64,000 nucleotides of DNA from Escherichia coli (GTDB lineage: Bacteria; Pseudomonadota; Gammaproteobacteria; Enterobacterales; Enterobacteriaceae): NCBI RefSeq assembly GCF_013122565.1, contig NZ_CP053258.1; one strand, 5' to 3'. Position 1 is the first letter of the stretch. Every line of letters starts with the position of its first letter. The translations under genes and the position numbers were made by a program. Under the pieces are notes generated by a model. The model saw only the letters and a program-made list of their open reading frames with translations. It searched no databases and was not told the origin of the DNA. Below, one piece after another: positions 14,840-24,826 of the stretch.

Positions 14840-14919
14840 TACGACACGTTTCATTAAGATTTTTCGCAGGTAACCACCTATAGTCATTGTCGTTAATAAA
14901 AAATGACAGGCGATAGGGT

Positions 14920-15570
14920 ATGGCAGTTTCAGCAAAGCACGACGAATTTAATCACTGGTGGGCAACAGAGGGCGACTGGGTTGAAGAGCCTAACTATCGC
15001 CGTAATGGTATGAGCGGGGTGCAATGCGTCGAGCGCAACGGCAAAAAGCTGTATGTAAAGCGCATGACGCATCATCTGTTTCATTCCGTACGTTATCCGT
15101 TCGGCCGACCAACGATTGTCCGTGAGGTTGCGGTAATTAAAGAACTGGAACGGGCCGGTGTCATCGTGCCGAAGATCGTTTTTGGTGAAGCGGTGAAAAT
15201 TGAGGGTGAATGGCGCGCGTTGCTGGTGACTGAAGATATGGCGGGGTTCATCAGCATTGCTGACTGGTATGCCCGGCATGCAGTAACGCCTTATTCTGAC
15301 GAAGTACGGCAAGCCATGTTGAAAGCAGTGGCGCTGGCGTTTAAGAAAATGCATAGCATTAATCGTCAGCATGGCTGTTGTTATGTTCGCCATATCTATG
15401 TGAAAACAGAAGGTAAGGCAGAAGCTGGTTTTCTTGACCTGGAGAAAAGTCGTCGCCGCTTGCGTCGCCATAAAGCGATCAATCATGACTTCCGCCAGCT
15501 GGAAAAATATCTGGAGCCAATTCCCAAAGCGGACTGGGAGCAGGTGAAAGCGTATTACTACGCTATGTAA
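14920..15570 (+). CDS. inaA: Acid-inducible Kdo/WaaP-family protein kinase-like protein
   Basis: 216 aa; synteny next to yfaE-nrdB; the 225-aa minus-strand ORF over the same span is judged antisense artefact. Confidence 0.8.
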   Translation: MAVSAKHDEFNHWWATEGDWVEEPNYRRNGMSGVQCVERNGKKLYVKRMTHHLFHSVRYPFGRPTIVREVAVIKELERAGVIVPKIVFGEAVKIEGEWRALLVTEDMAGFISIADWYARHAVTPYSDEVRQAMLKAVALAFKKMHSINRQHGCCYVRHIYVKTEGKAEAGFLDLEKSRRRLRRHKAINHDFRQLEKYLEPIPKADWEQVKAYYYAM

Positions 15571-15573
15571 TCG

Positions 15574-15620
15574 TTGTAGGCCAGATAAAACGCATAAGCG
15601 CCGCATCTGGCACTACAACC
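15574..15620. repeat. REP palindromic unit
   Basis: gtaggccagataaaacgcataagcgccgcatctggcactac between inaA and yfaE. Confidence 0.6.
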
Positions 15621-15623
15621 AAT

Positions 15624-15878
15624 TCACATCTCGATTTCAATATCGCCTTTTGCCCGGCAACAACAGGGCAAAATTTCCCCCGGCTGAATAAAGGCTAACG
15701 GTTCGGCAATCCAGTCCACCTGACCTGCAACCAGGCGTGTGCGACAGGAGCCGCAGTAACCTTCGCGACACTGGTACTCAACCGCCACATTGTGGGATTC
15801 CAGCGCCGCCAGAAGAGAAGGGTGTTCATCCTGGCACAGCAGTTGTGTGCCAGTGATGCGCAGGGTAACGCGGGCCAT
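15624..15878 (-). CDS. yfaE: 2Fe-2S ferredoxin associated with ribonucleotide reductase
   Basis: 84 aa with CxxxxCxxC...C cluster; start overlaps nrdB stop by 1 nt. Confidence 0.88.
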   Translation of the reverse strand: MARVTLRITGTQLLCQDEHPSLLAALESHNVAVEYQCREGYCGSCRTRLVAGQVDWIAEPLAFIQPGEILPCCCRAKGDIEIEM

Positions 15879-17008
15879 CAGAGCTGGAAGTTACTCAAAT
15901 CGTCGGTGTCCACTTCCGCGTCAATCTGCCCGACCAGATAAGAACTGACTTCCACTTCCTGCGGAGCAACCTGCACGTTATCGGACACCAGCCAGGTGTT
16001 GATCCACGGGATCGGGTTGGAGCGAGTCTGGAACGGCAGATCCAAACCGACCGCCTGCATACGGATATTGGTGATGTACTCAACGTACTGGCAGAGAATG
16101 TCTTTATTCAGACCAATCATCGAACCGTCGCGGAACAGATAATCCGCCCAGTCTTTCTCCTGTTGAGCTGCCTGAACAAACAGGTCATAGCACTCCTGCT
16201 TACACTCTTCGGCAATTTCCGCCATCTCCGGATCATCTGCGCCGCTGCGCAGCAGATTCAGCATATGCTGAGTACCGGTCAGGTGCAGGGCTTCGTCGCG
16301 GGCAATCAGGCGAATAATTTTGGCGTTGCCTTCCATCAGTTCGCGTTCTGCAAAGGCAAAGGAGCAAGCAAAGCTGACGTAGAAACGAATCGCTTCCAGC
16401 GCGTTAACGCTCATCAGGCAGAGATACAGTTTTTTCTTCAGCTCGCGCAGGCTAACGGTTACGGTTTTACCGTTAACGGTGTGGGTGCCTTCGCCCAGAA
16501 GGTGCCAGTAGCTGGTCATTTCGATCAGTTCATCGTAATAGCTGGAGATCCCTTCCGCACGTTTCTGGATCTGCTCGTTGGTGACGATATCGTCAAACAC
16601 AACAGACGGATCGTTAATGATATTACGAATGATATGAGTATAGGAGCGGGAATGAATCGTTTCTGAGAACGCCCAGGTTTCGACCCAGGTTTCCAGTTCC
16701 GGGATCGAGATCAGCGGCAGCAGTGCCACGTTCGGGCTACGACCCTGAATGGAGTCCAGCAGCGTCTGATATTTCAGGTTGCTGATAAAGATGTGTTTTT
16801 CGTGTTCAGGCAGTGCCTGGTAATCGATACGGTCGCGAGAAACGTCAACTTCTTCCGGACGCCAGAAGAAAGAGAGCTGCTTTTCGATCAGCTTTTCGAA
16901 GATGTCATATTTTTGCTGATCGTAGCGAGCCACGTTGACCGGCTGACCAAAAAACATCGGTTCTTTAAGCTGATCATTTTTCGTCTGTGAAAAAGTGGTA
17001 TATGCCAT
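15878..17008 (-). CDS. nrdB: Class Ia ribonucleotide reductase beta subunit
   Basis: 376 aa, R2 family. Confidence 0.95.
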   Translation of the reverse strand: MAYTTFSQTKNDQLKEPMFFGQPVNVARYDQQKYDIFEKLIEKQLSFFWRPEEVDVSRDRIDYQALPEHEKHIFISNLKYQTLLDSIQGRSPNVALLPLISIPELETWVETWAFSETIHSRSYTHIIRNIINDPSVVFDDIVTNEQIQKRAEGISSYYDELIEMTSYWHLLGEGTHTVNGKTVTVSLRELKKKLYLCLMSVNALEAIRFYVSFACSFAFAERELMEGNAKIIRLIARDEALHLTGTQHMLNLLRSGADDPEMAEIAEECKQECYDLFVQAAQQEKDWADYLFRDGSMIGLNKDILCQYVEYITNIRMQAVGLDLPFQTRSNPIPWINTWLVSDNVQVAPQEVEVSSYLVGQIDAEVDTDDLSNFQL

Positions 17009-17044
17009 GAGTGTGTCCTGTGGTTTTATTACCCCTCACCCTAA

Positions 17045-17067
17045 CCCTCTCCCGCAAGGGGAGAGGG
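17045..17067 (-). other. GC-rich intercistronic hairpin between nrdA and nrdB
   Basis: ccctctccc-gcaa-ggggagaggg, 9-10-bp perfect stem. Confidence 0.5.
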
Positions 17068-17096
17068 GACGGTTTGGTGCAAAGGCTGGGGGATTA

Positions 17097-19382
17097 TCAG
17101 ATCTTACATGCGCCGCTTTCGCAGCCATCGTCCTGGATTGACGGCACCAGATCGTCCTGCGCGTCTTCAGCGCCGTCACGGGTGTTCTGATAATACAGCG
17201 TTTTGACCCCGAATTTGTAGGCGGTGAGCAGGTCTTTCAGCAGTTGCTGCATCGGCACTTTTCCTGACGGGAAGCGTGACGGATCGTAGTTGGTGTTGGC
17301 AGAGATCGACTGATCGATAAATTTCTGCATGATACCCACCAGTTGCAGATAACCATCGTTACCCGGCATTTCCCACAGCAGCTCATAAGCGTCGTGCAGG
17401 TGCTCGTAGTCCGGCACCACCTGGCGCAGAATACCGTCTTTCGACGCTTTGATGCTGACGTAACCGCGCGGCGGTTCAATACCGTTGGTGGCGTTAGAGA
17501 TCTGCGAAGAAGTCTCGGACGGCATCAGGGCAGAAAGCGTGGAGTTACGCAGGCCGTGCGTTTTGATTGATTCACGCAATGCTTCCCAGTCGTAATGCAG
17601 CGGCTCATTAGCGATGGCATCCAGATCTTTCTTATAGGTATCGATCGGCAGGATCCCTTTCGCGTAAGTGGTTTCGTTAAACCACGGGCACGCGCCTTGC
17701 TCTTTCGCCAGCTCGTTAGACGCTTTCAGCAGGTAATACTGAATCGCTTCGAAGGTTTTATGCGTCAGGTTGTTGGCGCTGCCGTCGGAGTAGCGTTTAC
17801 CGTGCTTCGCCAGGTAGTAAGCGAAGTTGATCACACCAATACCCAGCGTACGACGACCCATCGCTCCACGTTTGGCGGCCGGGATCGGGTAATCCTGATA
17901 ATCAAGCAGCGCGTCAAGTGCACGAACCGCCAGAATCGCCAGCTCTTCCAGTTCATCCAGGCTATTAATTGCGCCCAGGTTGAAAGCAGACAGCGTACAC
18001 AGCGCGATTTCACCGTTCTCGTCGTTGACGTCGTTCAGCGGTTTGGTCGGCAGGGCAATTTCCAGGCACAGGTTAGACTGGCGCACTGGCGCGATGGCCG
18101 GATCAAACGGGCTATGGGTATTGCAGTGGTCAACGTTCTGAATATAGATACGACCGGTAGACGCACGTTCCTGCATCATCAGCGAGAACAGCTCAACGGC
18201 TTTCACACGCTGCTTGCGGATGCTGTCGTCTTTCTCATATTTGGTATACAGGCGTTCAAACTCTTCCTGATCGGCGAAGAACGCGTCGTACAGCCCCGGT
18301 ACGTCGGACGGGCTGAACAGGGTGATATCTTCACCTTTCAGCAGGCGGGTATACATCAGTTTGTTGATTTGTACCCCGTAGTCCATATGACGCACGCGGT
18401 TGCCTTCAACCCCACGGTTGTTTTTCAACACCAGCAGGCTTTCCACTTCCAGATGCCACATCGGGTAGAACAGCGTTGCCGCACCGCCGCGCACACCGCC
18501 CTGAGAGCAGGATTTCACCGCTGTCTGGAAATGTTTGTAGAACGGGATACAGCCGGTATGGAACGCTTCGCCACCGCGAATCGGGCTACCCAGCGCACGA
18601 ATACGTCCGGCGTTGATGCCGATCCCGGCACGCTGGGAAACATATTTCACAATCGCGCTGGAGGTGGCGTTGATGGAATCCAGGCTGTCACCGCACTCGA
18701 TCAGTACGCAGGAGCTGAACTGACGAGTCGGGGTACGCACGCCGGACATGATTGGCGTCGGCAGCGAAATTTTAAATGTGGAAACCGCGTCGTAAAAACG
18801 CTTCACATATTGCAGGCGCGTTTCACGCGGGTAGTTCGAGAACAGGCACGCAGCAACCAGAATATAAAGGAACTGGGCGCTCTCATAGATTTCGCCGGTC
18901 ACACGGTTCTGTACCAGATATTTCCCTTCCAGCTGCTTAACGGCAGCATAAGAGAAGGTCATATCACGGTCGTGATCGATAAACGTGTCCATCTGCTTGA
19001 ACTCTTCTTCCGTGTAGTCTTCCAGCAGATGATTATCGTATTTGCCCATCTCGACCATTTTCACCACATGGTCGTACAGCGCAGGCGGCTCAAACTGGCC
19101 GTAGGCTTTTTTACGCAGGTGGAAGATCGCCAGGCGCGCGGCGAGATACTGATAATCCGGCGCATCACGGGAGATCAGGTCTGCGGCAGCCTTGATAATG
19201 GTTTCGTGGATGTCAGAGGTCTTGATACCGTCATAAAACTGAATGTGGGAGCGCAGCTCGACCTGGGAAATCGAAACGTTATGCAGTCCTTCTGCCGCCC
19301 AATCCAGAACGCGATGGATTTTGTCGAGATTGATGCGCTCTGTGCTACCGTCGCGCTTTGTCACCAGCAGATTCTGATTCAT
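17097..19382 (-). CDS. nrdA: Class Ia ribonucleotide reductase alpha subunit
   Basis: 761 aa with N-terminal ATP-cone; the 625-aa plus-strand ORF inside it is antisense artefact. Confidence 0.95.
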   Translation of the reverse strand: MNQNLLVTKRDGSTERINLDKIHRVLDWAAEGLHNVSISQVELRSHIQFYDGIKTSDIHETIIKAAADLISRDAPDYQYLAARLAIFHLRKKAYGQFEPPALYDHVVKMVEMGKYDNHLLEDYTEEEFKQMDTFIDHDRDMTFSYAAVKQLEGKYLVQNRVTGEIYESAQFLYILVAACLFSNYPRETRLQYVKRFYDAVSTFKISLPTPIMSGVRTPTRQFSSCVLIECGDSLDSINATSSAIVKYVSQRAGIGINAGRIRALGSPIRGGEAFHTGCIPFYKHFQTAVKSCSQGGVRGGAATLFYPMWHLEVESLLVLKNNRGVEGNRVRHMDYGVQINKLMYTRLLKGEDITLFSPSDVPGLYDAFFADQEEFERLYTKYEKDDSIRKQRVKAVELFSLMMQERASTGRIYIQNVDHCNTHSPFDPAIAPVRQSNLCLEIALPTKPLNDVNDENGEIALCTLSAFNLGAINSLDELEELAILAVRALDALLDYQDYPIPAAKRGAMGRRTLGIGVINFAYYLAKHGKRYSDGSANNLTHKTFEAIQYYLLKASNELAKEQGACPWFNETTYAKGILPIDTYKKDLDAIANEPLHYDWEALRESIKTHGLRNSTLSALMPSETSSQISNATNGIEPPRGYVSIKASKDGILRQVVPDYEHLHDAYELLWEMPGNDGYLQLVGIMQKFIDQSISANTNYDPSRFPSGKVPMQQLLKDLLTAYKFGVKTLYYQNTRDGAEDAQDDLVPSIQDDGCESGACKI

Positions 19383-19458
19383 GTATGTCGTACCTGTTTT
19401 TGGAATTCTTTCCGCAATAGTTTCATGCAGACTACCTGTAGTACGGGAGGCTGCTTAG

Positions 19459-19506
19459 AACACTATATATAGGGGGTATGTTTGGGATTCACTGCAAGAT
19501 AGTGTG
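19459..19506 (-). promoter_or_regulatory. Two NrdR-box-like palindromes in the nrdAB promoter/leader
   Basis: cactatatatag core at 19461-19472 and cactgcaagatagtgtg at 19490-19506, centres about 31 bp apart. Confidence 0.5.
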
Positions 19507-19535
19507 AAAATGGCCCTCTTGCAAGTGCATAACTT

Positions 19536-19544
19536 TGTGGATAA
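19536..19544 (-). promoter_or_regulatory. DnaA box (TTATCCACA on minus strand)
   Basis: Perfect 9-mer upstream of the nrdA promoter region. Confidence 0.5.
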
Positions 19545-20077
19545 CTCAGGAAGGAAAAAGTGGCTTTCGCGCACCTTAGGTCAGACAAGGTGTCCGGGAA
19601 AGTCAATGGGAAGAGAAAAATTTGTTAAAAATAACTGTTCGGCGATTTCTTGAACGGCAGAATAGGTTGGATAAATTGATATAGATGGTTTATTAATCTT
19701 TTTGCTAATGATTGCAAAAATTGATCTAAGCACGAGTCATCACATAATCTGATGTATCAGTTGTGGTCAATATATAAGCGAATGTAAGCGATTGTTGATG
19801 TCGAAATGGTTGTTTTCTATTCGGTTGTTGTTAAATGCTAAGCCATTTTGTTAATTTACCTTATATTATAAGAAAATTATTGATTACTTTAATTCAGTTT
19901 AAATATAACTGATATCCCTAAAGGTTATTAACTTGAATTATGACGCATTGATATTATTCATCAAATAATAACAAAATAGCCATTGCACCGCGTTGAACAA
20001 TTTACAAAAGAAAGAAAAACCTTATTGCATAATACGTTTAAATACGCCGTCTTATATAAAATGATGGTCAGATTAAT

Positions 20078-23000
20078 ATGCGAGTTATCTTTCTACGCAA
20101 GGAGTATTTATCTTTACTCCCGTCAATGATTGCGTCTCTCTTCTCAGCTAATGGCATTGCGGCAGTCACTGATTCATGCCAGGGATATGATATCAAAGCG
20201 AGTTGCCAGGCCAGCAGGCAAAGCCTTTCAGGCATTACGCAGGACTGGAGTATCGCCGATGGGCAATGGCTGGTTTTTTCGGATATGACCAATAACGCCA
20301 GCGGTGGGGCCGTATTTTTGCAACAAGGAGCGAAATTTACATTATCACCAGAAAACGAAACTGGAATGACTCTGTTTGCCAATAACACCGTTACAGGAGA
20401 ATATAATAACGGCGGGGCCATATTTGCTAAAGAAAACTCAACGCTGAATCTTACTGATGTTATTTTTTCCGGTAACGTCGCAGGCGGCTATGGTGGCGCA
20501 ATCTATTCTTCTGGTACTAATGATACTGGTGCCGTCGATTTAAGTGTCACTAACGCCATGTTTCGCAATAACATCGCTAATGATGGCAAAGGTGGCGCAA
20601 TTTATACCATTAATAATGACGTCTATTTAAGTGATGTTATTTTTGATAACAACCAGGCATATACATCAACAAGTTACAGTGATGGCGATGGCGGGGCAAT
20701 CGATGTTACCGATAATAATAGCGACAGCAAGCATCCTTCAGGTTATACGATAATAAATAACACCGCCTTTACAAATAACACAGCCGAAGGTTATGGCGGG
20801 GCGATATATACCAATAGCGCGACGGCTCCCTATCTTATTGATATTTCTGTTGATGACAGCTACAGCCAGAACGGCGGCGTGTTAGTCGATGAGAACAATA
20901 GCGCAGCAGGCTATGGAGAGGGTCCTTCCACTGCGGCGGGTGGCTTTATGTATCTCGGCTTAAGTGAAGTTACCTTTGATATTGCCGACGGAAAAACGCT
21001 GGTTATCGGCAATACAGAGAATGACGGAGCTGTTGACTCTATTGCTGGTACCGGGTTGATCACCAAAACAGGTTCCGGCGATCTGGTACTTAATGCAGAT
21101 AACAATGACTTTACTGGTGAGATGCAGATTGAAAACGGTGAAGTTATCCTGGGCCGCAGCAACTCACTGATGAATGTCGGAGATAGTCATTGCCAGGACG
21201 ATCCGCAACACTGCTACGGTCTGACGATAGGGAGTATTGATAAGTACCAGAATCAGGCAGAACTAAATGTTGGCTCCACCCAACAAACCTTTGTGCACTC
21301 ATTGACGGGCTTTCAGAATGGCACTTTAAATATCGATGCTGGTGGCAACGTTACTGTTAATCAGGGCAGTTTTGCTGGCACCATCGAAGGTGCTGGTCAG
21401 CTCACCATTGCGCAAAACGGCAGCTACGTGCTGGCAGGGGCGCAGTCAATGGCGCTAACTGGCGATATAGTGGTGGATGATGGCGCGGTGCTTTCGCTGG
21501 AAGGCGACGCGGCAGATCTTGCCGCTCTCCAGGACGATCCGCAGTCGATCGTGTTAAACGGCGGTGTGCTCGATCTCTCTGATTTCTCCACCTGGCAGAG
21601 CGGTACATCATACAACGATGGCCTTGAAGTCAGCGGCAGCAGCGGAACGGTTATCGGCAGTCAGGATGTGGTAGATCTTGCAGGCGGAAACGATATGCAT
21701 ATCGGCGGTGACGGGAAAGATGGCGTCTACGTGGTGGTGGATGCGGGCGACGGGCAGGTCAGCCTGGCAAATGACAATCAATACCTCGGCACAACGCAAA
21801 TTGCTTCCGGTACGCTGATGGTGAGCGACAACACGCAGCTTGGAGATACCCATTATAACCGCCAGGTTATCTTTACTGATAATCAACAAGAAAGCGTGAT
21901 GGAGATTACTGCCAATGTCGATACTCGTTCTACAACGGCTGAGCATGGGCGTGATATTGAAATGCGCGCCGACGGTGAAGTGGCAGTTGATGCGGGGGTA
22001 GACACGCAGTGGGGCGCACTGATGGCTGACAGCAGCAGGCAACATCAGGATGAGGGTAGCACATTGACTAAAACGGGGGCGGGTACACTTGAGCTGACCG
22101 CCAGCGGTACAACGCAGTCAGCGGTACGTGTCGAAGAAGGCTCCCTGAAAGGTGATGTTGCGGATATCTTCCCTTATGCTTCGTCGCTGTGGGTCGGTGA
22201 CGGGGCAACGTTCGTTACTGGCGCGGATCAGGATATTCAGTCAATTGATGCTACTTCCAGCGGCACTATCGACATCAGCGATGGTACGGTTTTGCGCCTG
22301 ACCGGGCAGGATACTTCCGTCGCCCTTAATGCCTCACTGTTTAACGGCGATGGGACGCTGGTGAATATCACCGATGGCGTGACGTTGACAGGTGAGCTTA
22401 ATACCAACCTTGAAACTGACAGCCTGACCTATCTTGCCGACGTGACGGTTAATGGTGATCTGACCAATACGTCCGGTGCGGTTAGCCTGCAAAATGGCGT
22501 CGTTGGCGATACGCTGACGGTAAACGGTGATTACACCGGCGGCGGTACGTTACTGCTCGACAGCGAATTAAACGGCGATGACTCAGCAAGCGACCAGTTG
22601 GTGTTGAACGGTAATACTGCTGGCAATACCACGGTTGTGATTAATCCCATTACAGGGATTGGTGAGCCGACATCTACAGGCATTAAAGTGGTTGATTTCG
22701 CAGCTGATCCCACGCAGTTTCAAAACAATGCGCAGTTCAGTCTGGCAGGCAGTGGCTACGTCAACATGGGAGCGTATGACTACACGCTGGTGGAAGATAA
22801 CAACGACTGGTATCTGCGATCGCAAGAAGTAACGCCGCCATCGCCACCTGATCCAGACCCGACTCCCGATCCTGATCCTTCGCCGGATCCTGATCCAACA
22901 CCCGACCCGGCCCCTACGCCTGCCTACAAGCCAGTGTTGAATGCCAAAGTTGGTGGATATTTTAATAACCTGCGGGCGGCAAATCAGGCGTTTATGATGG

Positions 23001-23830
23001 AGCGACGCGATCACGCTGGTGGCGATGGTCAGACGCTGAATTTACGTGTTATCGGCGGAGATTATCATTACACAGCAGCGGGGCAACTGGCTCAGCATGA
23101 AGACACTTCTACAGTGCAGCTTAGCGGCGACCTGTTTAGCGGGCGCTGGGGGGATAATGGCGAGTGGATGCTTGGGGCGGTTGGTGGCTACAGTGATAAT
23201 CAGGGCGACAGCCGCTCGAATCTGACCGGAACTCGCGCCGATAACCAGAACCACGGTTATGCCGTTGGGCTGACCTCAAGCTGGTTTCAGCACGGTAAGC
23301 AGAAGCAGGGGGCCTGGCTGGATAGCTGGCTGCAATACGCGTGGTTTAGCAACGATGTTTCCGAACAAGACGATGGCGCGGATCATTACCATTCGTCGGG
23401 AATTATTGCTTCTCTGGAAGCGGGGTATCAGTGGTTACCGGGGCATGGTGTGGTGATTGAACCGCAGGCGCAGGTGATTTATCAGGGCGTGCAACAGGAT
23501 GATTTTACCGCCGCTAACCATGCGCGCGTGTCACAATCGCAGGGTGATGATATTCAAACGCGGCTGGGTTTACACAGCGAATGGCGTACCGCTGTTCATG
23601 TCATACCAACATTAGATCTGAATTATTATCACGATCCGCATTTGGCAGAAATTGAAGAAGATGGCAGCACTATCAGTGACGATGCGGTGAAGCAACGGGG
23701 TGAAATAAAAGTGGGAGTCACGGGCAATATCAGTCAGCGAGTCTCGCTGCGCGGCAGCGTGGCGTGGCAGAAAGGGAGTGATGATTTTGCCCAGACGGCA
23801 GGGTTTTTATCGATGACGGTGAAATGGTAA
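20078..23830 (+). CDS. yfaL: AIDA-I-type autotransporter adhesin
   Basis: 1250 aa; N-terminal signal; repetitive Gly/Asn/Thr-rich passenger; Pro-rich PDPDPTPDP linker; C-terminal beta-barrel domain. Confidence 0.85.
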   Translation: MRVIFLRKEYLSLLPSMIASLFSANGIAAVTDSCQGYDIKASCQASRQSLSGITQDWSIADGQWLVFSDMTNNASGGAVFLQQGAKFTLSPENETGMTLFANNTVTGEYNNGGAIFAKENSTLNLTDVIFSGNVAGGYGGAIYSSGTNDTGAVDLSVTNAMFRNNIANDGKGGAIYTINNDVYLSDVIFDNNQAYTSTSYSDGDGGAIDVTDNNSDSKHPSGYTIINNTAFTNNTAEGYGGAIYTNSATAPYLIDISVDDSYSQNGGVLVDENNSAAGYGEGPSTAAGGFMYLGLSEVTFDIADGKTLVIGNTENDGAVDSIAGTGLITKTGSGDLVLNADNNDFTGEMQIENGEVILGRSNSLMNVGDSHCQDDPQHCYGLTIGSIDKYQNQAELNVGSTQQTFVHSLTGFQNGTLNIDAGGNVTVNQGSFAGTIEGAGQLTIAQNGSYVLAGAQSMALTGDIVVDDGAVLSLEGDAADLAALQDDPQSIVLNGGVLDLSDFSTWQSGTSYNDGLEVSGSSGTVIGSQDVVDLAGGNDMHIGGDGKDGVYVVVDAGDGQVSLANDNQYLGTTQIASGTLMVSDNTQLGDTHYNRQVIFTDNQQESVMEITANVDTRSTTAEHGRDIEMRADGEVAVDAGVDTQWGALMADSSRQHQDEGSTLTKTGAGTLELTASGTTQSAVRVEEGSLKGDVADIFPYASSLWVGDGATFVTGADQDIQSIDATSSGTIDISDGTVLRLTGQDTSVALNASLFNGDGTLVNITDGVTLTGELNTNLETDSLTYLADVTVNGDLTNTSGAVSLQNGVVGDTLTVNGDYTGGGTLLLDSELNGDDSASDQLVLNGNTAGNTTVVINPITGIGEPTSTGIKVVDFAADPTQFQNNAQFSLAGSGYVNMGAYDYTLVEDNNDWYLRSQEVTPPSPPDPDPTPDPDPSPDPDPTPDPAPTPAYKPVLNAKVGGYFNNLRAANQAFMMERRDHAGGDGQTLNLRVIGGDYHYTAAGQLAQHEDTSTVQLSGDLFSGRWGDNGEWMLGAVGGYSDNQGDSRSNLTGTRADNQNHGYAVGLTSSWFQHGKQKQGAWLDSWLQYAWFSNDVSEQDDGADHYHSSGIIASLEAGYQWLPGHGVVIEPQAQVIYQGVQQDDFTAANHARVSQSQGDDIQTRLGLHSEWRTAVHVIPTLDLNYYHDPHLAEIEEDGSTISDDAVKQRGEIKVGVTGNISQRVSLRGSVAWQKGSDDFAQTAGFLSMTVKW

Positions 23831-23853
23831 TCGCATCTCACCAGGCATCACTG

Positions 23854-23935
23854 CCGGATGCGGCGTAAACGCCTTATCTGGCCTACGGAGAGCATTTGTA
23901 GGCCTGATAAGACGCGGCAAGCGTCGCATCAGGCA
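23854..23935. repeat. BIME: two inverted REP units between yfaL and ubiG
   Basis: gccggatgcggcgtaaacgccttatctggcctac and gtaggcctgataagacgcggcaagcgtcgcatcaggc. Confidence 0.7.
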
Positions 23936-23957
23936 TTGGCGCGGCCAAACATCAACC

Positions 23958-24680
23958 TCACTTATTCTGCGTGTGCAGCATATAGTTCACATCCACGCCG
24001 GGGCCGAGCTTAAAGGAATTAGTGATCGGGTTGTAATGCAGCCCAGTCATATGCCGCTCTTTAAGGCTTGTCTGATCCACCCAGCCAAGCAGCTCTGCCG
24101 GTTTAATAAACTTCTTCACATCATGCGTGCCTTTGGGCACCATGCGCAAAATATATTCCGCGCCAACCACCGCCATCAGCCATGACTTGCCGTTGCGGTT
24201 AAGCGTCGAGAAAAAGACATCGCCGCCCGGTTTCACCAGTTGCGCACAGGCTCTGACCACTGACTGCGGATCGGGAACGTGCTCCAGCATCTCCATGCAG
24301 GTCACCACATCATACTGCCCGGCATGTTTTGCCGCGTGCTCTTCCACGGTTTCCTGCACGTAATCCACCTGAATGCCGCTTTCCAGTGCGTGCAGTTTTG
24401 CCACCTGCAATGGCTCAAAGCCCATATCCAGACCGGTCACCGTCGCGCCTTCGCGCGCCATACTCTCGGCCAGAATGCCGCCGCCACAACCGACATCGAG
24501 CACCTTTTTGCCAAATAAACCGCCAGCACGCTCGGCAATATAGCCCAGACGCAGCGGGTTAATGCGGTGCAGCGGTTTGAACTCACCTTCAAGATCCCAC
24601 CAGCGGGAGGCAACGGCTTCAAATTTAGCGATCTCTTCGTGGTCTACGTTATGGTTTACCGGCGATTTTTCGGCATTCAT
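23958..24680 (-). CDS. ubiG: Ubiquinone biosynthesis O-methyltransferase
   Basis: 240 aa from ATG 24680 (MNAEKSPV); SAM-binding VLDVGCGGG motif. Confidence 0.92.
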   Translation of the reverse strand: MNAEKSPVNHNVDHEEIAKFEAVASRWWDLEGEFKPLHRINPLRLGYIAERAGGLFGKKVLDVGCGGGILAESMAREGATVTGLDMGFEPLQVAKLHALESGIQVDYVQETVEEHAAKHAGQYDVVTCMEMLEHVPDPQSVVRACAQLVKPGGDVFFSTLNRNGKSWLMAVVGAEYILRMVPKGTHDVKKFIKPAELLGWVDQTSLKERHMTGLHYNPITNSFKLGPGVDVNYMLHTQNK

Positions 24681-24826
24681 TGGCACTTCTACTCCGTAAT
24701 TGGCAAGACAAACGAGTATATCAGGCATTGGATGTGAATAAAGCGTATAGGTTTACCTCAATCTGCGCGGCTGTGTTATAATTTGCGACCTTTGAATCCG
24801 GGATACAGTAGAGGGATAGCGGTTAG

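Noticed and set aside
14929-15606. 225-aa minus-strand ORF coextensive with inaA
   Set aside because: The plus-strand frame gives the InaA sequence expected from synteny next to yfaE-nrdB; the minus-strand ORF runs across the REP element and lacks a start context
17595-19472. 625-aa plus-strand ORF inside nrdA
   Set aside because: Antisense to the ribonucleotide reductase alpha gene; no SD or promoter context
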